From a virus: 64,000 bases of DNA. The stretch is from positions 1 to 64,000 of the IMG/VR virus record IMGVR_UViG_3300033141_004211, one strand, 5' to 3'. A program made the position numbers and the translations under genes. Positions 9,747 to 19,713 of this stretch are shown here, piece by piece. The first letter of the stretch is position 1. Every line of letters begins with the position of its first letter. The notes under the pieces are model-generated. The model saw nothing but the letters and a program-made list of their open reading frames with translations, was not told where the DNA came from and searched no databases.

Positions 9747-10922
9747 CTAATTCACCTCCAACAAATCCCCATAAGCCTCGAGCCACAGTCGCCCACCGAC
9801 CTCAGTGGTATGCTCGCTAAGAACATGCTCTCTGAGCGCACGCCCATGCTCGAGACGCAACCTCTCATCCTGAATGTACCGCACGATGGCTTTGTAGAAC
9901 CGTGCATCATTCTCGGCAACGGTCCCCATCCCAGGATGGACATCAGCCCTGTACGGCCAAGGGGTGGCTACTACAGCCATACCCTCAGTCTTGGCCAAGG
10001 CATACTCGTATATCCTGATGCCACTCTTAGCGCGATTTGTCACGATCCTCTGGGACGGGGCTAGACCTATATCGAAACCACCAAGCCAGCCGCGGTATTC
10101 CTCCAGCGACGACCACGGGATGGCGAAAATTCGCCCCCGCACATCTTCTGGAAATAGCTCCCTGGCCTTCGGGAACCCCACGATGACGAACACCACATCA
10201 GAGAAACGCCTCAGCACCCTGGCTACTGCTATCCGCGCCATTTTGAGATCGGGGGCATGACTGTCCCCACCAGCCCAGCCCAGCACCAACTTGCCAGTAG
10301 TCCCCGGCAGCCTCTTTGGTTCAAGGCCCTCCCAGTCCCCTGTACGGATGCAGTTAGGTAGGACAACGACGTTCTTGCTATACTTTTTGTATTCCTTTAG
10401 CAAGAACGGGGTCGTCACCGTCACCAGGTCAACGTTCCTCAGCATCCAGGTGAAGCCCTCGCGATTAGCCCTCACCATTGCCCAGACGCGCTCTGGAGTA
10501 ACCTCAGCGAGCCTTTCATCCGTGCGATGCTCCTCGCGAAGCTGACAGAACATGCGCCAGACAAGCTCCCTATCCTTCCCCCACCAAACGTATGCCGGGT
10601 TACGGGGATCGAGATCGAGAACCGCGTCGTCTACATCCAGGACGACCTTCTTACCGAGGAACAAACGACAATGCTCCACAAAAGCTTGCATCTGGGGCAT
10701 CGTCTGGCGGTGCAAGACGATAACGTCAAACTCCCGGGCGTACTCCCAGACATATTCCAATGGATACGCGCCATATTCCGCATGGGCTCCTAGCTTGTTA
10801 AGCTGCTCAAACGGGTACTTGATCCTATACTGGCCGCAAGGCCCCATAGGCTCTTGTTGCCCTACTTTCTCCAAAGGCTGCCCAGGGATACCAATGTCCG
10901 GTGGTAGTCCTAGCACCCTCAT
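9747..10922 (-). CDS. GT-B fold glycosyltransferase embedded in the structural module
   Basis: 391 aa with two Rossmann-like halves (DVIVLHRQ ... KLVLGWAGGDSH ... IGLAP ... KSGIRIYEYALAKTEGMAVVATP). Strong RBS (GAGGAGAAG). Confidence 0.6.
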   Translation of the reverse strand: MRVLGLPPDIGIPGQPLEKVGQQEPMGPCGQYRIKYPFEQLNKLGAHAEYGAYPLEYVWEYAREFDVIVLHRQTMPQMQAFVEHCRLFLGKKVVLDVDDAVLDLDPRNPAYVWWGKDRELVWRMFCQLREEHRTDERLAEVTPERVWAMVRANREGFTWMLRNVDLVTVTTPFLLKEYKKYSKNVVVLPNCIRTGDWEGLEPKRLPGTTGKLVLGWAGGDSHAPDLKMARIAVARVLRRFSDVVFVIVGFPKARELFPEDVRGRIFAIPWSSLEEYRGWLGGFDIGLAPSQRIVTNRAKSGIRIYEYALAKTEGMAVVATPWPYRADVHPGMGTVAENDARFYKAIVRYIQDERLRLEHGRALREHVLSEHTTEVGGRLWLEAYGDLLEVN

Positions 10923-10943
10923 CTGCTTCTCCTCTCGACAGCA

Positions 10944-11681
10944 CTATATCTGCATTACGTCAAAAACCCTGAACGGAGCACACAGCCTTTGCACTTCGAC
11001 ACCAACCATCCCACGTCCAAAAGCACTAATCCCCTGCTCACTGACCGCGTACTTGGACGGACTATCGAAGCTACGAAAGAGCGCCAAATCAGATCGCTGG
11101 GTCTCCTGTAAACCCCAAGGAAGGTCATCCCCAATAGGGACAGCGCCAACGATGAGCTCCATCGCGTCATGCCTTGCCAAAAGCGCCACTGCCCGCTGAA
11201 GCTGAATCGGCAGTGCCTCAAAACCGCACCAGTATGTTACCCGAACAGTAACAAAGTCACTGTAGGTTATACACGGACAACTGGCGCCAGAGGTGCAACC
11301 GCTTAGATCAAGCTTCCCCATCAAGGAGTCAAGGATCGTGGCACACCCAGTGTGCGTTGTCTCGGTACAGTTACACCGCTCGTGATGCACCCACGTCACT
11401 GTGATGTCTCTATCAACCAACAACCGTTTGCGATGCATCACGACGGTACAGATCGTCTCGACATTTTGACCGAGGTACGTCCGCTCTTTGACGAAGGGGC
11501 GGTGCCGCTCATTCTCAACCCGCGTCGGTCGGAGATAGGTGCACAGGTAATCACCTATCTCAGCCTCAGCAAGCTGCACAAGCTGCTCGATGCCGACGTT
11601 GTTACCAGTCGCTGACCACGGTGATGTAGTGTCTTTGCTCCAACGCCGATATTGCTGCTCGGTTAACGCCGTGACGCCCAT
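10944..11681 (-). CDS. Hypothetical protein (possible head-tail connector)
   Basis: 245 aa with an AAGGAG RBS, directly downstream of the capsid gene. The N-terminal region has a gp6-like flavour only. Confidence 0.5.
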   Translation of the reverse strand: MGVTALTEQQYRRWSKDTTSPWSATGNNVGIEQLVQLAEAEIGDYLCTYLRPTRVENERHRPFVKERTYLGQNVETICTVVMHRKRLLVDRDITVTWVHHERCNCTETTHTGCATILDSLMGKLDLSGCTSGASCPCITYSDFVTVRVTYWCGFEALPIQLQRAVALLARHDAMELIVGAVPIGDDLPWGLQETQRSDLALFRSFDSPSKYAVSEQGISAFGRGMVGVEVQRLCAPFRVFDVMQI

Positions 11682-11738
11682 CTCGCACTCCTTGGAGGGA
11701 GGGGCGCGTTAGGGCCGCCCCTCCCTTAGATGAATGCG

Positions 11739-12929
11739 CTACGGATTCGTCACAGTCCGTTCGCGTAAGGCACTATAGGAAACGTTGGTGATCTTGCCCA
11801 ACGACTGTGGCGCAAGCGCGATGACATGCCCATGGGCCATCAGACAGAACTCTGCGCTAGAGCAGTAAGAGCCCCTGTCCTTCGTGAACAGCACGTAAGG
11901 CGATGGGGTAAGCCCACCAGCGCTGGCAGGCGCAGCGTACAGATCAGGATAGTTGGTGACAACCTCGCTGAAGTCAAAGAAGGCGAAGTACAGCGAAGGC
12001 AGACCTAAATACTGGAAGGTCAGGAACAGGATATGCGTAGTCCAGCTCTGGCCAGACCCAGTACGCGGCATGAACTGCGTGGTCTCCACAGGGATGTCAG
12101 CCCCACCGAGGGGCAAGGTCCAACTGCCAAGAAGCTCTTGCTTCTTAGCCTCCGGGTCCATGTAGTTCAAGCTGATCTTGTACGCCAAGTGGCGGAACAT
12201 CCCAGGCCGCATGACCATGACGATGTCATTGACATCAACGTAGTTGTCCTCCAAGGCACCGATGACCTCTTCCAACTTGCGGACGGTGACCTCAGTACCA
12301 GCCTCATCGTGGACAACACTATCAGCCTCGGACAGAGCGTTCCCATTAATGTCCAAATGATTGGTGCGGATAATGCGCAGCAGGCCATCGTAATTGTTCG
12401 GGTTGACGGCGGCATTGCCGTTGATGGTCAGATACTCCCGGACACGGTTCAACCGCTGGAGCACTCTGAACATCTGGTACTCCCACTCGGAATTGAGAGT
12501 GACAACCTGGGTGGCTGTGCGCACCCGGCGGGGAGTTGGCGACGTGTGCTGCTTGCTGGCAAGGGCAGGCAAGGTCAGCTTGTCACTGCACGCGCCGAAG
12601 CTCTTTGCGCTATAGGTAAGACGACCAATGCTGGCTGTTGAACCAGTAGGACACCCACCCTCCGCAAATGACCCGTCATCGCTCCCTTCCTTGGTGGCGA
12701 AGATGTCCGCCGGGACCACAGGGCGGTTGTCAAACGTCCAGTCGAAACGGATGAGCAAACCACTGGGCTGCACCAACGACTCAATGATCTCCTGCGGGAC
12801 ACCATAGGCGTCAGCAGCTCCGTAGCTGGCGAACACACCAGCATAAGACGCACTGGTAGTAGGAGCCTGCTTGACGATCTCAGGCGCCTGTCGCGCCATG
12901 TTTTCCAAAACTTGTTGCGTTGCACTCAT
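11739..12929 (-). CDS. Major capsid protein candidate
   Basis: About 396 aa. I moved the start to ATG 12929, 8 nt after a GGAGG; the track start at 12944 is a TTG. The gene lies directly downstream of the protease-scaffold gene and has typical size. Confidence 0.6.
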   Translation of the reverse strand: MSATQQVLENMARQAPEIVKQAPTTSASYAGVFASYGAADAYGVPQEIIESLVQPSGLLIRFDWTFDNRPVVPADIFATKEGSDDGSFAEGGCPTGSTASIGRLTYSAKSFGACSDKLTLPALASKQHTSPTPRRVRTATQVVTLNSEWEYQMFRVLQRLNRVREYLTINGNAAVNPNNYDGLLRIIRTNHLDINGNALSEADSVVHDEAGTEVTVRKLEEVIGALEDNYVDVNDIVMVMRPGMFRHLAYKISLNYMDPEAKKQELLGSWTLPLGGADIPVETTQFMPRTGSGQSWTTHILFLTFQYLGLPSLYFAFFDFSEVVTNYPDLYAAPASAGGLTPSPYVLFTKDRGSYCSSAEFCLMAHGHVIALAPQSLGKITNVSYSALRERTVTNP

Positions 12930-12945
12930 GTTATCAACCTCCAAC

Positions 12946-15192
12946 CTATTTAAGAGTCTTTAGCCAACGCTCAAAGACAGATTCTCGTGGGACTTCCACA
13001 TCCGTATCAGGCTCAGACGAGGTCTTAGGGGCCGGGGGTTCAGGCTCCAAGAGAGACTTGGCAAGCTCATCAACTTGCTGCATTTTCTCCTGGTACTTTC
13101 GCACTTCCTCATCCACCCTAACCTCAAGCTCGGACTGTTCCACCTCAGCCCGCTTTTTAACCTCCTCAGCGGCACGAAGGGCCGCTTTCTCAATCGCCTC
13201 TTCCTCGACGACCGGAGCGCCATGCATGACGGCGTCAATCTCCTGGACATGGCGGATGAGGGCCTCTCTCATCTCGTCCCATCGCTCTACCCTGGCCTTC
13301 GTCAGGCGACCCTCTTGGAGCTCAATGCGCTCCTCGAAAGCGCCAAGCAAGGAATAGGCGATAGCAGTCTGACCGGAAGCGATCAGTCGGGAGGCAACAT
13401 CCTTCGCCATCCTCGCAAAGTCATCAATGACCCCGGCTGCCATCTTCTGATCCTTCTCACGAATAGCCTCACGTACCATCTCCTGCATGGCGTAGGTTAG
13501 TTCGCTAAACTTCCTCGCCAAGAGCCTGGCGTCAACTACGGAAGCCAACGATTCAGCAGCCTCCTTCTCCTCTTCCTCGACCTCTGGTTCACCAACGACC
13601 TCCGACTGTTCAAGGGCCTTGGCTTCCTCTTCCTCGCTAGGTGTAACATCCTCAGAAGCAGGTTCAGCCGCTTCCCCGGCGGTTTCGGTCACTGGTTCCT
13701 CAGTCTCCTCTGCGGATTCCACAACAGGCGTGTCCGCATCTTCAGCAATCACTTCGACCACATCCGGCTTTTGTCCCATTTTCTTATCCTCCATCGGTTC
13801 ACAAATACCAGACTTGACCACGAGCACCAGCCCTCGGATAAGCTCGACAGCAGTCTCGAGATCATCACTCGGGAATGATTTTGACACAGTAACAAGATTC
13901 TCAGGCGGGGTCATTTCCAGATCCCGCCTATAATGCTTCAGGATATGACGGGCAGCGTATTTCAGCTCATCGGTGGTAAAGCGGGAGCCCTTCTCTCCGT
14001 ACACCTCAAGTTCCTCTAGCCCTATACTCTCATCCGCGAGGGTAAGGATGGGAGGAATCTCGATCTCGGGCATCTGGGACTTCAATGCCTGAACCAACCG
14101 GACAGCCGCAGCGATTACACCACCCCGGTTGACAGTCGAGCAGTCGGGCATGTGATGCGGGTAACCACTCTTGCTGACACTGAAACTGCCATCCTCATTC
14201 TTCTTGACAATAGCGTATTGGCAGGGCTTGGAGCGGTCGGTGACAGTACTCCAAGGCTTGTCGCTTACTTTGAACTTCTTATCCCAACCGTGGGGGCTGG
14301 CAATTCGCTGTATGTACTCGCCAGCCTCATTCTCTTCCCATACCTCGACACCACCATCATCAGTCTTGACGATCATCTCCTCATCAACCTCCGTTTCACC
14401 TTCACCAGCCAATCTGCTTTTCAGAGCAAGGACATCCTGGCGGCGCTTAAGGGTAGCATCCCACTCGGCGCGAGGCATCTTGCCGACCTTGTTCGCCATG
14501 AGCGTTATAAAACTGTCACGATATGACGGCCAACTAGTGCGACTGACCTCTACCAGCTCGACGTCGTGGAACACGCGACCAAAATTCCCATCGCTATACT
14601 CCTCAATTGTCGCCGAGTGCACAATCCCAGCAATGGACGCCCCATGCCGTTTACCAGCCAAGACATCACTGAATAATTTCACAGCGAAGGGATTGGCACT
14701 ATCCAAGAGGACATCAAAAGCGAAGTGTTTCTCATCGGTCAGATAGGGATTGTACACAGTGCCAAGCATGGCTGCCATAAGGTCTCGGTGATGCCCGTCC
14801 AAGAAAGGCAGCTCGGACTTCTCAGCATAGTCCACCATCTTTTGCAACCCAACCACAGAGAAGCGGTCGCCATCAGCGTCCCTCTCGGGTCCACTGGCTT
14901 CAACATGTAACCAAAGCTGCACATCCTCTTCACCATCTGACTTCTCAACGATCTCACGCCTGGCGCCAGTGATGGGCAAGACGACACGAAAAGGCCCTTC
15001 AAGAATAATCTCTGAATCGCTCATAACGACTACCCTCACACCATCCTGCTGAGAATCCTTGAGATACCCCCTCTGATCAAGCCACGTGCAAAGAGCCCAC
15101 GCAGCATCCTTCTTGCTCTGCCCGGGCTTCTTCGGCTTGAAATTCGGGTCTTTCAACAACGATTCTACACATCGTTCAACACGAGGTGGCAC
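12946..15192 (-). CDS. Prohead protease (HK97 S78-like) fused to acidic/coiled-coil scaffold
   Basis: 748 aa with a GTG start. The protease-like block reads DADGDRFSVVGLQKMV ... PFLDGHHRD ... GKRHGASIAGIV. It is followed by an E-rich acidic tract and a long coiled coil (AEEVKKRAEVEQSELEVRVDEEVRKYQEKMQQ). Confidence 0.6.
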   Translation of the reverse strand: MPPRVERCVESLLKDPNFKPKKPGQSKKDAAWALCTWLDQRGYLKDSQQDGVRVVVMSDSEIILEGPFRVVLPITGARREIVEKSDGEEDVQLWLHVEASGPERDADGDRFSVVGLQKMVDYAEKSELPFLDGHHRDLMAAMLGTVYNPYLTDEKHFAFDVLLDSANPFAVKLFSDVLAGKRHGASIAGIVHSATIEEYSDGNFGRVFHDVELVEVSRTSWPSYRDSFITLMANKVGKMPRAEWDATLKRRQDVLALKSRLAGEGETEVDEEMIVKTDDGGVEVWEENEAGEYIQRIASPHGWDKKFKVSDKPWSTVTDRSKPCQYAIVKKNEDGSFSVSKSGYPHHMPDCSTVNRGGVIAAAVRLVQALKSQMPEIEIPPILTLADESIGLEELEVYGEKGSRFTTDELKYAARHILKHYRRDLEMTPPENLVTVSKSFPSDDLETAVELIRGLVLVVKSGICEPMEDKKMGQKPDVVEVIAEDADTPVVESAEETEEPVTETAGEAAEPASEDVTPSEEEEAKALEQSEVVGEPEVEEEEKEAAESLASVVDARLLARKFSELTYAMQEMVREAIREKDQKMAAGVIDDFARMAKDVASRLIASGQTAIAYSLLGAFEERIELQEGRLTKARVERWDEMREALIRHVQEIDAVMHGAPVVEEEAIEKAALRAAEEVKKRAEVEQSELEVRVDEEVRKYQEKMQQVDELAKSLLEPEPPAPKTSSEPDTDVEVPRESVFERWLKTLK

Positions 15193-15210
15193 ATCTCACC
15201 TCTCACAAGA

Positions 15211-15248
15211 CAAAAAAAGGGGAGGTGACCTTGAAGTCACCTCCCCTT
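15211..15248 (-). terminator. Rho-independent terminator between the promoters and the scaffold/capsid/tail operon
   Basis: The minus-strand RNA reads AAGGGGAGGTGAC-ttcaag-GTCACCTCCCCTT followed by TTTTTTTG. The stem is 13 bp and perfect. Confidence 0.8.
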
Positions 15249-15278
15249 CCACTTCTCTCGGGAGCTATTCTTAGAAAG

Positions 15279-15355
15279 ATTATACACCAATTAGCACAAC
15301 TTGTCAAGTACAGTCAACTAGCGACAAGTATAGCACGACTTGCACGATTTGTCAA
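15279..15355 (-). promoter_or_regulatory. Tandem sigma70-type promoters
   Basis: On the minus strand, the first promoter is TTGACA (15307-15302), a 17-nt spacer, then TATAAT (15284-15279). The second is TTGACA (15355-15350), a 17-nt spacer, then TATACT (15332-15327). The 13-mer TTGACAAATCGTG recurs at 63483-63495. Confidence 0.7.
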
Positions 15356-15726
15356 CTAACTTCCTGAATCAGTGCACCACGCAGTTCGCCTTCGGAGCAG
15401 CGGAAGACCAAGTCAAATTTTCCGCGACTGAAAGCAGCAACCCTCACGTGCAGCTCCCCATCATTCTCGCTCTTGTCTAGAATCTGACAGAGCTCAGTAG
15501 GCATCTCCAAGAGAGCGTCACTGCTAGGTGTCAATAAGACAGCACTTCCTCTCTGCTGTACCAGGACCCGCCTCACGGCGTGGGAATTGCAGCAAAAGCG
15601 AATCTCGAACTTCGCCCCGTGGAGACCGGCGACGCGCTTCCACAAACTCCTATCACGCTTGATGGCATCGATCACACTTAGGATCTCAGCGGGGATACTT
15701 GATCTTTTTTCCATCACGGACAACAC
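15352..15726 (-). CDS. Hypothetical protein
   Basis: 124-aa ORF between the portal and the scaffold genes. Start uncertain. Confidence 0.45.
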   Translation of the reverse strand: MLSVMEKRSSIPAEILSVIDAIKRDRSLWKRVAGLHGAKFEIRFCCNSHAVRRVLVQQRGSAVLLTPSSDALLEMPTELCQILDKSENDGELHVRVAAFSRGKFDLVFRCSEGELRGALIQEVS

Positions 15727-15898
15727 ACACCTCCGTCTTCTCAGGAACCAAGAGGGCGATTAGCACACCCTCGTCGCCAAACCGCAAGCGACAAGGACGT
15801 GCATATAAGAATACAACGTCCTCACCAACAATCAGAAAGTCATGGAGCCCCATCTCAATATCGTCAACAAGCCTATACGTTCCAGGAGGAACTCTCAT
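15686..15898 (-). CDS. Hypothetical protein
   Basis: 70-aa ORF whose ATG overlaps the portal stop. Confidence 0.4.
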   Translation of the reverse strand: MRVPPGTYRLVDDIEMGLHDFLIVGEDVVFLYARPCRLRFGDEGVLIALLVPEKTEVCVVRDGKKIKYPR

Positions 15899-17388
15899 TA
15901 CGCTCCTTCCTCCTCGCCACCTTGCAAGTCTATGAGACCGAGTTTAAGCATCGCTGCTCGCAACGCTGGAGGCTGCAAATTTCTCCAATCAATACCCAGG
16001 GCATCAAGTTGGGCGACAACCTCCGGATAATCAATCTCAAGCGCAGCGGAAACAGGGACACCAGCTTCAAATAGGGGTTTCCACATCAGTTCCATGCGCT
16101 CTTCGCGTGACAAGATCGACGTCTCATCAATCCACTCTACTGTGAGACCACCATACGGCGACCAGGCGTCCCCAAGGATGACCACACTGACGAAATCCTC
16201 GGCAATGATCCTGAGCATATTGCCGACGGCCTGTTTCTGCGCAGCCTTCATCTGTTGGGTCGCTGCCTGGCGACCTTGCCCCTCCATACGGAGCATCTGG
16301 ACACCGCCAGCACCAAAAATCTGCCAAGCGATAACCTCAAGATCCCTGAGAATACCCCATAGCAAATGGAAGCTACCGCCCATACCTATCTCAGAGACAG
16401 CAGCTTGGACGTATGGCAAGACGGGGAGCGTCCCCTTCGCCAAGTCCTCACGAAGCGCAGTCACGATACCGTCGATCTGCTCTGATGTAAGTTGCCTCGC
16501 ATCTCGCGGGACAACCAAGGACACAAGCTTGTCCATCTGAGGCTTACCTACTTTATCCTTCAGGAGAACCAGCATCCCATACAGGATGTCAATGATCGGG
16601 TAGGCTTCCTCAGTGGGAGAGGGCGATGTAAGCCGCCGACCCCGCTCGGTGGTGCCGGTGTACTGTATGAGCACCATCTCGTATGGAGACCAATGCGGTA
16701 CACCAGCAGCCCCGAGCTTCGCTTCGTTGACAGCGAAATTAATGCCACCGAATTTGCTGACATCGTAAAAAGCCGGATCTCGCAACACACCAGATGACGA
16801 AACATTCGTCTTAATCACAGCCGGGTCATGCGCGATAAAGCCGAGGATCGGACCGGGATCCTTAACCGCTTTCACAACTTCAGCCATAAAGGTCTCTCGA
16901 TCAATCTCTCCGCGCACATACCGACCAGCCACTTTATACGCCTGCCCCCTCGGGCTACGGAGGAGCTCTACAGGGACGCGCCCAACAGTCAACCAGTCAC
17001 GCATCATCCCATCAATGGCTACCCGGAAGGTCCTGTCCACAGCGTTCGGGGACGCCAAAACCTTCTCCAGCATCCTCTTGGGCATGTCATCGTCAGCCGG
17101 GTCTTTCTCTTTAACCCGCAATTTATGGGACTCAACCTCACGCAGAATAGTACGAATAATACCAGCAATCAAGGGTAATCTGGACGCCCTGCGTAGCTCA
17201 TCAATGGTATAATCGGTACGACGTAGCTGCCCCATTAGTTGGAGCAGCCTGGCTTGCGTCAGATCCTGCACATCCAGAATCTGACCACGAGGCTCCTGTC
17301 GCTGCTCCAGCGTTGTGGCTTTCTCCTCAACGGAAGGACTTTCCTCAACCCTCTTTCTGAATAGACCCGGTAACAATCTCCCCAACAT
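15898..17388 (-). CDS. Portal protein candidate
   Basis: About 496 aa. I placed the start at ATG 17388, which is preceded by GGAGGtgtccg. Size and position upstream of the protease-scaffold and capsid genes fit a portal. Confidence 0.6.
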   Translation of the reverse strand: MLGRLLPGLFRKRVEESPSVEEKATTLEQRQEPRGQILDVQDLTQARLLQLMGQLRRTDYTIDELRRASRLPLIAGIIRTILREVESHKLRVKEKDPADDDMPKRMLEKVLASPNAVDRTFRVAIDGMMRDWLTVGRVPVELLRSPRGQAYKVAGRYVRGEIDRETFMAEVVKAVKDPGPILGFIAHDPAVIKTNVSSSGVLRDPAFYDVSKFGGINFAVNEAKLGAAGVPHWSPYEMVLIQYTGTTERGRRLTSPSPTEEAYPIIDILYGMLVLLKDKVGKPQMDKLVSLVVPRDARQLTSEQIDGIVTALREDLAKGTLPVLPYVQAAVSEIGMGGSFHLLWGILRDLEVIAWQIFGAGGVQMLRMEGQGRQAATQQMKAAQKQAVGNMLRIIAEDFVSVVILGDAWSPYGGLTVEWIDETSILSREERMELMWKPLFEAGVPVSAALEIDYPEVVAQLDALGIDWRNLQPPALRAAMLKLGLIDLQGGEEEGA

Positions 17389-18025
17389 CGGACACCTCCA
17401 GCGGGCAATCCCGCAAACAGCAATCGTCCCTCCCCACCTTCCTAAATGGCTCGCCAAGGGAGCCGTAAGAGTACACAGGCCCCTTCAACCCCCCGACTGG
17501 AGCCCAAGGGCAGGGGTAAAAACGCCCATCACTCCATATAACCGCCAGTTCCCCGTCACATACGCGACGATGCTTCCTAGAAAAACCGGCCTTCAGAACG
17601 CGCTTCTCAGTCGAGACTACATCAATCTGCAAGGTCACGCGCTCCCAGCCCAGCCGTCTAAGGAAATCAACGTTCACCGGATATGGCACTTCCACCCGGA
17701 TATTGTACCCCAACTCACATAGCACGATAGGACGACGGAACCACGTATACAAACCATAATAGGGACTTGGCTCAAAGACCGCCACGATCTCTTCGCAAGT
17801 AGGAATCTGGTTAACCTTCAGACAAAGAAACCCAGGTCCCCAGAGAGTTGTCCTCATCCTCCACCTACGCCTCAAGGCAAGGATAAAGGGACAAAAGTCC
17901 TCGTGCATCAGCGGTTCTTCAAAATCAAAAGCAATAACATCGTCCTCGGCAAGGGATGCGTTGAGGCCCTCGGCGAAGGCCCGCCAATCCTTGACTGTCT
18001 CATTGAAATTAACCGATACTATCAA
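17345..18025 (-). CDS. Hypothetical protein with SPASM-like Cys segment
   Basis: The likely start is TTG 18025, after GGAAGGAG and in a TTGA overlap with the upstream stop. The C-terminal part reads CDGELAVIWSDGRFYPCPW, which resembles a SPASM/twitch element. There is no CxxxCxxC motif and no Walker motif, so it is not a terminase. Confidence 0.45.
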   Translation of the reverse strand: MIVSVNFNETVKDWRAFAEGLNASLAEDDVIAFDFEEPLMHEDFCPFILALRRRWRMRTTLWGPGFLCLKVNQIPTCEEIVAVFEPSPYYGLYTWFRRPIVLCELGYNIRVEVPYPVNVDFLRRLGWERVTLQIDVVSTEKRVLKAGFSRKHRRVCDGELAVIWSDGRFYPCPWAPVGGLKGPVYSYGSLGEPFRKVGRDDCCLRDCPLEVSDVGEIVTGSIQKEG

Positions 18026-19713
18026 AACAATCTCCTTCCACGAATAGTGCAGGGAATCTTTACCCCAACACCAAGCCACCGATGAGATTGATTATCCAGC
18101 AAGTCTACCGCCAGCTTCAGAAAACCGTTCTCAATCGGCGGCACAGGTACGGGGACCTGTACTGTTAACGTCTCCCCAGGCCCAACGTTCCGAGGAAGGT
18201 CAAACTTCGTCCGCGCAGCGCCGTTGATGACCTCGCCCCGAACACCATCGCACCAAAACGCACCAACAAAATATCTCCCCCGTACCCAGGACTCGTCGGT
18301 GACATTGCGGAGCTGAACCTCAACCATACCAGAGATACCACGAGGGGAAGAAGGCATTGAGGTAACAGCATTATTGGCAGCTCGCCTCCTTTCCGGCTTC
18401 GGGTGGTGCACTCGGCCTTCAGACTTCATACACCGATGCACGAAGTCGACAGGGGAGGGAAGAAGTTCATACTTCCCGACACCGGAGTCGGGGGTCTCGA
18501 AAACACCAACGTAGCCACCAAAGTCAGGGGTGACGGGCAACTTTTTCCACAAAACCGCTGCGTGTCTCGCCCCCAGTGGGCGCAAGGAGAAGGACTCTGG
18601 GAACAAGACAACCAGATCGTGCCTGTTCAACTCGCGAGCATCGAACTTCTTCACACGCCTGAGACCATGCTGGCTGGCATCGTCGAGTTCACCAGAAGGT
18701 GTGAACGCCGTCACCTCGTGTTGGTCGTTCAGCACTTGCAACAGCCCCGCCACATAGGGATCATCAGGGACAGTCTTCCCCTCGAAGAAGACCGCAATCT
18801 TCCTCGGTGGCGTCACAACATGCGACGCCTCATCCTCATCCCAAGGAACACGAGGAAGGGGCAATAGCTCACCGTCATCCCCACGTGGGGTGAGGTCCCA
18901 CACCTTCTTCTCTATCACTCGAGGATGGACACCATCAAAACGCCGCACCGACCCGCCGCCATGCGTCCACTGGGTCGGTTCCCCCCATCGCCAGTGAGAC
19001 CACGTATCCTTGACATTCAATCGGTGACCATCGCGAGATCGGTATAGAGCAAGGCGGGCACGGATGTCCCTGGCATCACCCATCCCGCAGTAGTGATAAC
19101 AGTGGATGATAAAATCACCATTGTCATCCTTAGCCTCAATGATGGGACCCCTTCCACAATCAGCAGGGGGGGCTGCGTGATGGGAGAAAATCATGGGCAG
19201 TCCAGGGCGACGGTAGGCGCGATGCATCAGGACAGACCAGCTACTACCAACAGCCACCAAGTCTGGTCTCCACCAAAAATGGTAGAACGGGTATCGGACG
19301 ATCTTAGCCTCTGGGTGCCTTTTCCAAAAATCCACCAGTGCCTTCAGCTCGTGCGCATGATACAACTCATCAGCGCCAGCCAGCATATAGATCGCAGCCT
19401 CTCCAAGACGCTCCCGGATGATCTGAAAGCCGCGATTTTGCAAATCCTTCTTGTCCTCAACCCAACCGACTTGCTCAAAAACGATCTTGCCACCGCCGCG
19501 CTTCCTTCGTGAAAGCCGCTTAACAATCGAAGCAGAGACATCAGTGCTAAGGCCATCCTGAGTGACACGATCTTTAGGGTATCCACGCACGCATCCCTCG
19601 ACTACAGCAATAGTCTTCACCACATCGCTGGTCATGAAGCTCCCGATGCTATATTCCAGGAACTTCTCAGCGTTGAGGAAGAAGATGCATACACCAACAT
19701 CAAACTCAGCCAT
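18022..19713 (-). CDS. Family 2-like (GT-A) glycosyltransferase with extra C-terminal domain
   Basis: 563 aa. The N-terminus (VGVCIFFLNAEKFLEYSIGS ... YMLAGADELY) is typical of the GT2 fold. Confidence 0.55.
   Translation of the reverse strand: MAEFDVGVCIFFLNAEKFLEYSIGSFMTSDVVKTIAVVEGCVRGYPKDRVTQDGLSTDVSASIVKRLSRRKRGGGKIVFEQVGWVEDKKDLQNRGFQIIRERLGEAAIYMLAGADELYHAHELKALVDFWKRHPEAKIVRYPFYHFWWRPDLVAVGSSWSVLMHRAYRRPGLPMIFSHHAAPPADCGRGPIIEAKDDNGDFIIHCYHYCGMGDARDIRARLALYRSRDGHRLNVKDTWSHWRWGEPTQWTHGGGSVRRFDGVHPRVIEKKVWDLTPRGDDGELLPLPRVPWDEDEASHVVTPPRKIAVFFEGKTVPDDPYVAGLLQVLNDQHEVTAFTPSGELDDASQHGLRRVKKFDARELNRHDLVVLFPESFSLRPLGARHAAVLWKKLPVTPDFGGYVGVFETPDSGVGKYELLPSPVDFVHRCMKSEGRVHHPKPERRRAANNAVTSMPSSPRGISGMVEVQLRNVTDESWVRGRYFVGAFWCDGVRGEVINGAARTKFDLPRNVGPGETLTVQVPVPVPPIENGFLKLAVDLLDNQSHRWLGVGVKIPCTIRGRRLF

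Noticed and set aside
17345-18079. Possible terminase large subunit upstream of the portal.
   Set aside because: It is the wrong size (about 226 aa) and has no Walker A/B or nuclease motifs. No terminase is recognisable anywhere in this window, so it must lie outside.
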